A stretch of 64,000 nucleotides of DNA. Origin: Treponemataceae bacterium (GTDB taxonomy: Bacteria; Spirochaetota; Spirochaetia; Treponematales; Rectinemataceae). The position numbers were made by a program, and so were the translations under genes. Numbering within the stretch: position 1 is the stretch's first letter; each line of letters begins with the position of its first letter. This document shows positions 56,186 to 64,000 of the stretch, one piece after another. Under the pieces are notes generated by a model that searched no databases, had not been told where the DNA came from, and saw only the letters and a program-made list of their open reading frames with translations. The DNA lies in NCBI GenBank assembly GCA_963678065.2, contig CAXXVZ010000002.1, positions 128,001-192,000 on the forward strand, written 5' to 3'.

Positions 56186-58294
56186 TCAGATCGTAGCCAC
56201 CGTGAATTTATAGGTACTTGTCGTGACTCCGTCGGGCGCAACTACCTGAATTGTGATGACGCTGCCTGAGGATACGGCGACGGTGGAGCCTGATCCGGAT
56301 GCGACTGCGGTTCCGTTGACCGTCATCGACTTGATCCTGGTGGACATGGATGTGGGGACGATCGTAATGCTTCCGTTGGCCGCAGGCACCTTGATCGTAT
56401 AGTTGTAGTTCCACGGATCGAATTTGTTCGGCAGTGAATAGCTCACCGATTTCGAAACTCCTGCCCATGTGTAGGCCGGCGGTGCGGCTTGCCATGTGAG
56501 CGTCGTTCCGACCAGGTTCCCGCCCGCAATCTCGACATTGCTGAGCACGGAATATTTCTGGTACCCGTCCTTGCCGTTGTAATTCACGGGAGCCGAGGTC
56601 AGAAATTCGGTATTGTCGCCCATGATGCCCAGAAGCTTGAGGGATATCCAGTTGGTCCCGTCTTTCCACATATCGCCGATGAGGGTCGTCCGGCTGTTCG
56701 GAGCGTCGTTATTGCCGCGCAAGGTGGGAGAGCAACCGGCCTCGCCCTTGTCCACGACCTGCTGGAGTGCCTGCTCGAAGAGTTTCAGGTTGATCTCGCC
56801 GAGAGGAGTCTCATCGTGGCCCGTGAAGAGTCTGACGATCTTGCCGCCATCTTTCTTGTAATTCGAATAGGTCTGCTGCGCCATCGAAAGCAGAAGATCA
56901 GCTTTTACCTGCTGAACCGCGACATTGTCTGCGGAACCGGCCCGCGTGCAGCCGTAGATGTCAGAGGCGAAAATCAGGCCGTTCGCCTTGTCCTGAAGGA
57001 TAACATTGCCGTTCTCGTGTCCGGGAATGGCATAGACATTCAGATCGCAGCCTCCTAGATGGAAAACATCACCTTCGTCGATATTCTTGATTTTGGCCTG
57101 GTCGGCGGCCAGCGGGAAGAGGGCGGGTCCCATGGGCGACGAGGCTCCGAGCGAGGACCAGCCGCGTTCATTGCAGTAGACATCGACGCCGGCGTGCAGG
57201 AAGTTCGGCGCCTGGGCCCAATGATCGCCATGCGCGTGCCCGATGATCATGAAATTGGGCTTCGTCGCGATGTTTTTGTCGACGTACTCTTTCAGGTTCT
57301 TGATATTGTCCGTAATTTGCAGGCCATCGAACATGATCCCGACATCCTGCCCCTCGATGTACCAGGCCATCGCCCGGACGGATTCCGAGTCGTTGCAGAT
57401 GCGGTAGATCGCCGGACTGGTCGCGGTTTTCGCCTGGATGAGAAGATGCTGGAAATCATCCACCACGGGGCGGTACAGATGCCAGACGAAGGTCTGCATG
57501 GGGCTTATGGCCATGCCGTCCTTGACGGCGATCGCCTTGTAGACTACGTCCCTTCCGGGAAGCTGCGCGTTGGAGAGCATCTCGTTGATGTGCCCCTTGG
57601 TAGCCACGGAATAGACTGCGCTGGCGGTGGATGGAGTCGAGCCGTCGGTGGTGTAGTAGATGGTCGCGCCCGGAGTGGGGCAGGTCAGCTTGATGTAGCG
57701 CCGCGGGGCGATCGAGTTGGTCTTCGGCAGTGCCTGCACGGGAGAAACCGTCGTGCTCGTTATTCTGGAGAAAATCGCCTCCGCTTCGGCTGCCTGGATG
57801 GAGTCGTTCGGCGCGAATGCCGCGGCTGTCTTGCCGGACATGTAGCCTGCGGCCACCATGGTGTTTACGCTGGCCCGCGCTGCCGCGCTTATGGCCGTGC
57901 TGTCAGAAAACTTCGCGAGCACATTGATGGCAGAATCCGGGACCCTAAATGCCCTGGCAAAGACGACGGCGGCATCCTGGCGCGAAATCTCTTTGTCCGG
58001 GTAGAAATTCCCCGGTGCGCCCACGCTGATGATCCCCTCCTCGACGGCGGTATCGATCTGTTTTGCATATCTATCCCCGGCTTTGACGTCTTTGAGCTGC
58101 TGGAGGGGCGTTTTCCAAATATCGTTGTACTCGGTCGGATGCGGCCAGGCGAAGTAATCGGAAATCTTCGCGACAAATTCCGCTCTCGTGAGCGGGCGAT
58201 CTGCGGCCTGGGCAAACCCGGAGCCTGCGGTGAGTGCCACCAGGATGATGCATCCTGTGAACACCATAAACCATTTCGATGGCTTTCCACGCAT
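56186..58294 (-). CDS. Secreted multidomain protein: SLH repeats + Fn3-associated domain + metallo-beta-lactamase-fold hydrolase + cadherin-like domain
   Basis: Signal peptide. LTRAEF, F.PDKEISRQDAA and FSD...GYMSG...FAP (SLH). TIYYTTDGSTP. HAHGDH, PGH, ASD, TGH. IQVVAPDGVTTSTY. Confidence 0.82.
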   Translation of the reverse strand: MRGKPSKWFMVFTGCIILVALTAGSGFAQAADRPLTRAEFVAKISDYFAWPHPTEYNDIWKTPLQQLKDVKAGDRYAKQIDTAVEEGIISVGAPGNFYPDKEISRQDAAVVFARAFRVPDSAINVLAKFSDSTAISAAARASVNTMVAAGYMSGKTAAAFAPNDSIQAAEAEAIFSRITSTTVSPVQALPKTNSIAPRRYIKLTCPTPGATIYYTTDGSTPSTASAVYSVATKGHINEMLSNAQLPGRDVVYKAIAVKDGMAISPMQTFVWHLYRPVVDDFQHLLIQAKTATSPAIYRICNDSESVRAMAWYIEGQDVGIMFDGLQITDNIKNLKEYVDKNIATKPNFMIIGHAHGDHWAQAPNFLHAGVDVYCNERGWSSLGASSPMGPALFPLAADQAKIKNIDEGDVFHLGGCDLNVYAIPGHENGNVILQDKANGLIFASDIYGCTRAGSADNVAVQQVKADLLLSMAQQTYSNYKKDGGKIVRLFTGHDETPLGEINLKLFEQALQQVVDKGEAGCSPTLRGNNDAPNSRTTLIGDMWKDGTNWISLKLLGIMGDNTEFLTSAPVNYNGKDGYQKYSVLSNVEIAGGNLVGTTLTWQAAPPAYTWAGVSKSVSYSLPNKFDPWNYNYTIKVPAANGSITIVPTSMSTRIKSMTVNGTAVASGSGSTVAVSSGSVITIQVVAPDGVTTSTYKFTVATI

Positions 58295-58434
58295 TGAAAT
58301 ACCTCCTGTAAAAATTGGATTCCCCCTGCATTGGTCTCTTCGGATTTCCGGAGCACCGACATGCTGTCAGGAACGAATGACCTATGAGCGCTGCCGCTTC
58401 AGACAGTCCCCTTGAGAATGAAAACCCGGGACCC

Positions 58435-58848
58435 TCAGGCCATCGGCCACTCGAAGAACTCGACGTAGCCGATCTTGCTGCTCTTTAAGAAACAGATCTT
58501 GTTCTTCTGGAATACTCCGTTCGTGATGGGCTCGAAAATCGTGAACTCACCGGTGGCCATCAGGTCGCTCACCGTCTTCTCGATATCGTCCACGTCGTAG
58601 CAGATATGATGGAAGACGAAGGCTTCGGTCGTTGTCGTCAGAATGTCCCCCACGAAACAGGGCTTTTCGGGATCGGCCGGAGACATTATCTCCACGACGA
58701 GGCCAGCCAATTGAACCCGCTGCACGAACATGTTCTTCGGAATGTGATGTTTTATGTCCTCATGAACCTTGGTGTAGCCCATCTTCAGATGCATTTCGAT
58801 CGCTTCCGTGATATTTCTGGCCACGAAGCCGAGATGATTCAGTTTCAT
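58435..58848 (-). CDS. VOC-family protein (methylmalonyl-CoA epimerase-like)
   Basis: NHLGF, VEIMSP, HHICYDVDDIE, VEFFE. Confidence 0.85.
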   Translation of the reverse strand: MKLNHLGFVARNITEAIEMHLKMGYTKVHEDIKHHIPKNMFVQRVQLAGLVVEIMSPADPEKPCFVGDILTTTTEAFVFHHICYDVDDIEKTVSDLMATGEFTIFEPITNGVFQKNKICFLKSSKIGYVEFFEWPMA

Positions 58849-58882
58849 ATCGCCGTTCTCCTTTTCGCCGGCGTCTTGGGCT

Positions 58883-59530
58883 TCAGACGTCCGATTCGTC
58901 GGTCAGCTGCATCTCCGTCGCCATGAATATCGCCTTGGTCGTCGTTTCGTACTGGTGCCAGGGGTAGATGCAATCTTCGTCGTACATGGGCTCGTGCGTG
59001 CACCCCGGGGCCATGGGATCCTCGCGGTAGAGGGTGGCGAGGTCCTGCTCCGCATACTGCTGCATCCTGCCGAAGCCGAGGATCTGTGTGTGGACCTCGC
59101 GGAAAGGTTTGCCGCCCCAATGGGTCTTGTGCAGGCCTACGTTCAGGGGTATGCCCTCCGCGAAGCACATGTTGACCTCGGTATTGCCGAGGCGGATCTT
59201 GGGAGAGCGCCAGAGCTGTACTCCTTTGTGTCTCTCCGCTTTCGTGGCCTCGTATACCAGGGTCCATTTCTTTTTGATCGCCTCGAAGAGGGCCTCGTGG
59301 TCAGTGTTCCTCTCGAAGTCCTCGATGACGAAGCAGCGCTCGACGTCCGTGATCATCATGTTGGTGACGACGGTGGATCTGAAGAAGCTCAGGGCCTGGT
59401 GCTTGATCCCGATACCCTTTCGGGCCAGGTTGAACACTATGCTCTTCTTCCCCACCGTGTAGTCCTTCTCGTCGAGAAGGTATTTCACGGAAAAGAAGGG
59501 TTCCACGAAATCCAGGGGATGTACGCTCAT
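58883..59530 (-). CDS. Cupin-like hypothetical protein resembling the aldos-2-ulose dehydratase cupin domain
   Basis: LWRSPK, GLHKTH, F.EVHTQI.G.G.MQ, MAPG.TH.P, YPWHQY, MATE. Family link is recalled, not searched. Confidence 0.55.
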   Translation of the reverse strand: MSVHPLDFVEPFFSVKYLLDEKDYTVGKKSIVFNLARKGIGIKHQALSFFRSTVVTNMMITDVERCFVIEDFERNTDHEALFEAIKKKWTLVYEATKAERHKGVQLWRSPKIRLGNTEVNMCFAEGIPLNVGLHKTHWGGKPFREVHTQILGFGRMQQYAEQDLATLYREDPMAPGCTHEPMYDEDCIYPWHQYETTTKAIFMATEMQLTDESDV

Positions 59531-59546
59531 TTTGCCCGAACCTCCC

Positions 59547-60578
59547 TCAGGAGTTCGTGAGGATCACTTTGACCTCTTCGGTTTGGCCGGATACGAGCTC
59601 GGAGAAAATTCTGGGGCCTTCGGACATGGGAAGCACTGAGGTGATCATCTGCTTCACGTCTACCATGCCATCGCTGATCATCTTGAGGCCTTCACGCATC
59701 TCGGATGTGTACATGTAGCTGCCGAGAAGCTTCAGTTCCTTGCACACGGCGTGCTTGTACTCGATCTCGATTTTGGGAGAGGCCATACCGACCATGATGA
59801 GCTTGCCGCCATTCCTCGCGATCTCGATGCCGGTATTGACGGTGGCGGCCACGCCAGCTGCGTCGAACACGACATCGACGCCGAGGCCTCCGGTCATCTT
59901 TCTCGTGATCGCCAGAACGTCCTCCCTGGAATTGATGCTGTCGGTCGCACCGCAATCCATGGCAAGCTTGAGGCGTTTGTCGATCAGATCGATCGCGATG
60001 ATCCTCTTGGCCCCGAAACCTTTAAGGCATAACACGCCCATGAGGCCGATCGGTCCCGTTCCGAACACGGCGACGGTTTTGCCGGCGAGGTCGCCGGCGT
60101 GCTTTGTCGCCCGCAGAGAGATGGAGAGAGGCTCGACAAGCGCGCACTCGTTGAAGGAGACATGGTCCGGCAATCTCATGATCTTCACGGCGGGGGCGAC
60201 GACGTAGTCAGCCATGGCGCCGTTGTAGCTGCCGGCCTTCATCGTGGTGCCGATGATGTAGCGATTGTCGCAGACGTTGTCGAGGCCATCCTTGCAGTCC
60301 TGGCAGGTGCCGCAGAAGAGATTGGTCACGACGCCCACGCGGTCGCCGATCTGCATCCCTGTCACGTCCTCGCCCAGCTCGGCGATTTCGCCGGAGAATT
60401 CGTGGCCCATAATGAGAGGAGGCACTCTCATTGCCGAGCCGCCCTTGTAGCCGGAGAGATCCGAGCCGCAGATGGCCACGGCTTTGACCTTCACGAGGAC
60501 TTCGCCCTTTTTCGGCTTTGGCGTCTCGACTTCGACGTACCGAAGATCGCGCGGACCGTAATAGACTAAGGCTTTCAT
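59547..60578 (-). CDS. Zn-dependent polyol/sugar dehydrogenase (MDR family)
   Basis: ICGSD, GHEF, C..C..C....C structural Zn, EP, GTGPIG. Confidence 0.92.
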   Translation of the reverse strand: MKALVYYGPRDLRYVEVETPKPKKGEVLVKVKAVAICGSDLSGYKGGSAMRVPPLIMGHEFSGEIAELGEDVTGMQIGDRVGVVTNLFCGTCQDCKDGLDNVCDNRYIIGTTMKAGSYNGAMADYVVAPAVKIMRLPDHVSFNECALVEPLSISLRATKHAGDLAGKTVAVFGTGPIGLMGVLCLKGFGAKRIIAIDLIDKRLKLAMDCGATDSINSREDVLAITRKMTGGLGVDVVFDAAGVAATVNTGIEIARNGGKLIMVGMASPKIEIEYKHAVCKELKLLGSYMYTSEMREGLKMISDGMVDVKQMITSVLPMSEGPRIFSELVSGQTEEVKVILTNS

Positions 60579-60711
60579 GTAACGCACCTCGTCGCCTTGC
60601 GCCTCGGCGTATTCAAATATGGCGCGAACCTGCGCAGGTTTGGTTCACGCCATCGCCCGCCCCCCCCCGAAGCCTGGGCAAAGTGTAATCGTCATGACGA
60701 ATGTCGTTCGC

Positions 60712-61518
60712 CTATTCGGCACGGTAGGGGCGCAGGTCGTGTGCGGCGAAGAAATCGATGCCCCCCCTGATCTCGGAGGCGTAGTCCTTGAATACGGAGG
60801 CCTCGACGGAGACGATCTCCTTGTACGCTATCTTCTTCAGAGTCTCTAGGAAGGGAACATAGTCGAAGCCATCGTCAAGCCTCGGCACGATCCGCTCCGG
60901 GAAGGTTGTGAGGGGATTGTCGATGTGCACGTGCTTGATGTAGGGCTCGAATTCGACGATATCGGAGAGGGGTCGACCGAGTTCGACCATGTACCGATAA
61001 TCGATGAAGGTCTTCAGGTTGGGCGCGTCGAATTTCCTGATGAAGGCGATGGCTTCCGGCAGGTTGTTCACGATGTTGGAGAGCTTCTTTCCGAGAGGCT
61101 CGATGAGGACCGTGATGTTGCGCTCGGCGGCTATGCCGAGCAACATGGAGAAGAACTCGTCGAATTTCTCGGCTGCACCGGCGATATCCCCTTCTGCCGG
61201 GAGGCTGCGGGCCTTCCCGTTTCCGAATACGAAATACCGCGCGCCCATCTCGGCTGTCCTGTCCGCGGCTACATTGAGGAAATCCCTGTAGTACTTCAGG
61301 TCGAAGGATGGATCGGCCACGCGGGAATCGAGAGGTATCGGATTGTCGAAGACCTCCGCCGGTATCCCGCAGGACTTCAGCCTGGCGAGGGCCTGTCTGA
61401 ATCCGGCATCGTCGAAGGCCATCATTTCCCGTACGTGCAGCTCTGCGCAGTCGTAGCCGGCCTCTGCGATGGCGTCCAGATCCTTTATAAAGCCAAAACA
61501 GCTCAAACGCATTCTCAT
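60712..61518 (-). CDS. Sugar-phosphate isomerase/epimerase family TIM-barrel
   Basis: GYDCAE, VFGNG.AR, IEPL, D..YM, HVHI, SVEA. Confidence 0.85.
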   Translation of the reverse strand: MRMRLSCFGFIKDLDAIAEAGYDCAELHVREMMAFDDAGFRQALARLKSCGIPAEVFDNPIPLDSRVADPSFDLKYYRDFLNVAADRTAEMGARYFVFGNGKARSLPAEGDIAGAAEKFDEFFSMLLGIAAERNITVLIEPLGKKLSNIVNNLPEAIAFIRKFDAPNLKTFIDYRYMVELGRPLSDIVEFEPYIKHVHIDNPLTTFPERIVPRLDDGFDYVPFLETLKKIAYKEIVSVEASVFKDYASEIRGGIDFFAAHDLRPYRAE

Positions 61519-61693
61519 GATGATCTTCTCCTCCCGTACAGACAATAAAACCTCCAGTCCTGCACCTTCGCTGGGACGATGCTTACGCCTCCGGCCTGCG
61601 TCCCGATACCGAACACTTTCCCTAGAGTCACTCGCGCGGGCGTCTCCCGACGCTGTGCATGTTACGTATACGATCCCGTGAAAAAATCCACCC

Positions 61694-61733
61694 TGACGGT
61701 GCCTCTCCGCATCCTTACGGAGAGGCACCGTCA
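61694..61733 (-). terminator. Perfect 16-bp stem hairpin after second dctM
   Basis: TGACGGTGCCTCTCCG-8 nt-CGGAGAGGCACCGTCA. T-run a few nt downstream on the minus strand. Confidence 0.65.
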
Positions 61734-61748
61734 AATCCTGTCTTTACC

Positions 61749-63029
61749 TTACCGTATGTAGCCAAAGTACCGTGGAAGGGTCATCGAAAGAGGCTCTATA
61801 TAGGTGATCAGGAACAGTATGACGATCTCGACGGCCAGGAAGGGCAGTACGCCCTTGACGACCTTTTCGAGAGGCAGCTTGGTCATGCCGCAGACGACAT
61901 AGAGGAGAAGACCTACGGGCGGCGTGAGGAGTCCGATCATGAGATTGACTACAACGACGATCCCCAGGAAAACCGGATGGATGCCGTAGCCGGCGGTGAT
62001 CTTCAGGAGAATCGGCACGAGGATGATCATCGCCGCCGTCCCTTCCATGAAGGTTCCGACGATGAGCAGCACGATGTTGATCGCGAGAAGAAGAAGTACC
62101 TTGCTGGATATGATGCTCGAGACGAAGATCGCCATGGCCTGTGGCACCTGTTCCACGACAAGCATCCAGTTGAAGACATTGGAGCAGGCGATGACAAGGA
62201 ACACGACGCCCGTCGTCTTCGCTGTGGCCAGGAGGGCTTCCAGGATCGCCTTCATTTTAAGATCTCTGTAAACGAAGACACCGACAACCAGTCCGTAGAC
62301 GACCGCGACAGCCGAAGCCTCGGTGGCGGTAAAGATGCCGCCGATGATGCCGCCCAGGATTATGAAGGGCATCAAGAGGGGAATGATTCCGTCCAGAAGG
62401 GCCAGTCCCATCTGTTTGAGGTTTGCGAACTTGGCGGCGCGCGGATAGTTGCGCTTTCGGGCGGTAACGTAGCACACGATCATGCAACCGATGGCTATCA
62501 TGACCCCCGGAACGATCCCTCCCAGGAAAAGGGCGGCCACCGAGGTAGAACTCAGCAAGGCGTAGACGACGAAGGGAATGCTCGGCGGGATGATCGGTCC
62601 CATGATAGCGGCCGAGGCGACAAGTCCGGCGGCGAAGTCCTCGTCGTAACCCTCTTTCTTCATTCCCGGGATCATCATCGATCCGACCGCCGAACAGTCG
62701 GCGATAGCCGAACCCGTTATTCCCCCGAAAAACATGGAAGTGACGATCGTGACGTGGCCAAGTCCTCCCCTGAGTCGACCCACGAATACCGTGCAAAAGT
62801 TGACAAGCCTCTTCGTGATTCCGGAACTGTTCATCAGCTCGCCGGCCAGGACGAAGAAGGGAATGGCCATGAAGGTGAAACTGTCGAGACCCGTGAACAG
62901 GCGCGTCGCAATCAGTCCAAGTGAAACACCCTTGATGATGAGGTAGATGACGCCAGCTGCGCCGAGGCTGAAGGCCACCGGCACACCGATGAGAAGGCAG
63001 GCGATAAAAGCTGCGATGGATTCCCACAT
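61749..63029 (-). CDS. dctM: TRAP transporter large permease
   Basis: AIPFFVLAGELM, GITGSA.AD, IIPPSIP, TATEA, TPPVG. Confidence 0.95.
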   Translation of the reverse strand: MWESIAAFIACLLIGVPVAFSLGAAGVIYLIIKGVSLGLIATRLFTGLDSFTFMAIPFFVLAGELMNSSGITKRLVNFCTVFVGRLRGGLGHVTIVTSMFFGGITGSAIADCSAVGSMMIPGMKKEGYDEDFAAGLVASAAIMGPIIPPSIPFVVYALLSSTSVAALFLGGIVPGVMIAIGCMIVCYVTARKRNYPRAAKFANLKQMGLALLDGIIPLLMPFIILGGIIGGIFTATEASAVAVVYGLVVGVFVYRDLKMKAILEALLATAKTTGVVFLVIACSNVFNWMLVVEQVPQAMAIFVSSIISSKVLLLLAINIVLLIVGTFMEGTAAMIILVPILLKITAGYGIHPVFLGIVVVVNLMIGLLTPPVGLLLYVVCGMTKLPLEKVVKGVLPFLAVEIVILFLITYIEPLSMTLPRYFGYIR

Positions 63030-63040
63030 ACTGTCTTCTC

Positions 63041-63535
63041 CTAACTCTTGATACTTGCTGCCACGGGCGTTTTGAAAATCTTGAACAGAAGTGCCAGGTT
63101 TTCAATGAGCATCATGAATATGCCGAAAGTCACGGCACTGTAGGGGACGATCATCGGGATTTCCAAGGCGCTGGATTTCTGTATTTTCAACAGGCTGAGC
63201 TGCTCTCCGGATTTGACAAGGATAATGACGAGGAAACTGATGACCACTAGACGGGATATGACCGTGAAAACGCGCTTGACACCCGGCTTGAAAAGGTCGG
63301 TAAACATCTCCACACCCACATGGGAGTTGTCCCTTGTGGCGAGCGCGCAGCCGAAGAACCCGACCCAGATCATCATGTACCGCCCGACTTCTTCAGTCCA
63401 TGACAATGCGTTGTTGAGGATGAACCTGAAGAATACGCCTACAGTGGTGTTGATCACCATCAGGCTAACCAGAACGTACACCAGATACTCCATTCCTTTT
63501 TCCGTTGCGCGCAAAAGTTTGCTGGCAGATATCAT
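63041..63535 (-). CDS. dctQ: TRAP transporter small permease
   Basis: FRFILNNALSWTEEVGRY, HVGVE. Confidence 0.9.
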   Translation of the reverse strand: MISASKLLRATEKGMEYLVYVLVSLMVINTTVGVFFRFILNNALSWTEEVGRYMMIWVGFFGCALATRDNSHVGVEMFTDLFKPGVKRVFTVISRLVVISFLVIILVKSGEQLSLLKIQKSSALEIPMIVPYSAVTFGIFMMLIENLALLFKIFKTPVAASIKS

Positions 63536-63678
63536 TCCGCGATCCCTCCCCGCCCCGTCATGTTGTACGTCAAGGCTGCGATTCGTCCCGTACGCCCCGG
63601 AATGACGGTAAGATCGCCGCAACCGGGTCGCACGGGACGGGGGAGCGGAGTTTTGCGACTCCGCTCCTCTTCATACCG

Positions 63679-64000
63679 TTATTTTATGCTCTGCTTCTGG
63701 CCGGCGATGACGTCCGCCACATTTTTCAGGACGTCGTCGATGAGTTTCTGGTCGATCTTCGTCTTGAGCCAGTCGATGACCGGCTGTTGGGCCACTTTCT
63801 TGAACTGCTCGACTTCCGCTTCGGTCGGGGAATACACCACCATCTTCTGGTCGATCAGGGACTGAACTCCCTGCGAAGCTACGAACTGCTGGACTCCGCG
63901 TCCTACCGTGCAGCTGATCTGAGCGCTGTCGAGGACGATGTACTGAAGTTCGGGCGGGAGGCTCTTGAAGAACTTCTCGTTGATGATGAACCAGTCGACG
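63679..64000 (-). CDS. dctP: TRAP substrate-binding protein, C-terminal part
   Basis: Manual translation INEKFFKSLPPELQYIV...YSPTEAEVEQFKK...QKQSIK*. Directly upstream of dctQM. Confidence 0.85.
   Translation of the reverse strand, partial: VDWFIINEKFFKSLPPELQYIVLDSAQISCTVGRGVQQFVASQGVQSLIDQKMVVYSPTEAEVEQFKKVAQQPVIDWLKTKIDQKLIDDVLKNVADVIAGQKQSIK

Overview
GC-rich bacterial chromosomal window, probably a free-living anaerobic spirochaete. This taxonomy is an inference from the gene-family mix: periplasmic non-lipoprotein SBPs, TRAP systems, an FGE-domain lipoprotein and an AAA/PD-(D/E)XK gene. 0-17.7 kb is mostly housekeeping and metabolism: GNAT, cupin and Nudix genes; an aspartokinase + archaeal-type homocysteine synthesis operon (DUF39/MJ0100-like, NIL-ferredoxin, UPF0280); an MFS transporter; DipZ-MsrAB; lspA; an unusual Na+-pumping biotin decarboxylase operon; and a CE7 esterase. 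17.8-21.4 kb is a small accessory patch: an IS110 remnant, an FGE/CLec lipoprotein that looks like an orphan DGR target, an AAA-nuclease gene and a decayed brnTA module. 21.4-38 kb is a sugar ABC/two-component/ROK/AraC locus with an FAD oxidoreductase and two URO-D-fold proteins, followed by AraC-GyrI genes. 38-64 kb is a catabolic island: LysR/ALDH, moaD-aroQ-M24-moeB, two HSL esterases, two TRAP systems, an internally duplicated secreted esterase, an SLH-MBL hydrolase, a racemase-like gene, VOC, cupin, Zn-dehydrogenase and TIM-barrel isomerase. I found no rRNA, tRNA, CRISPR array, reverse transcriptase or intact transposase. All calls come from motif recognition by eye; no searches were run.
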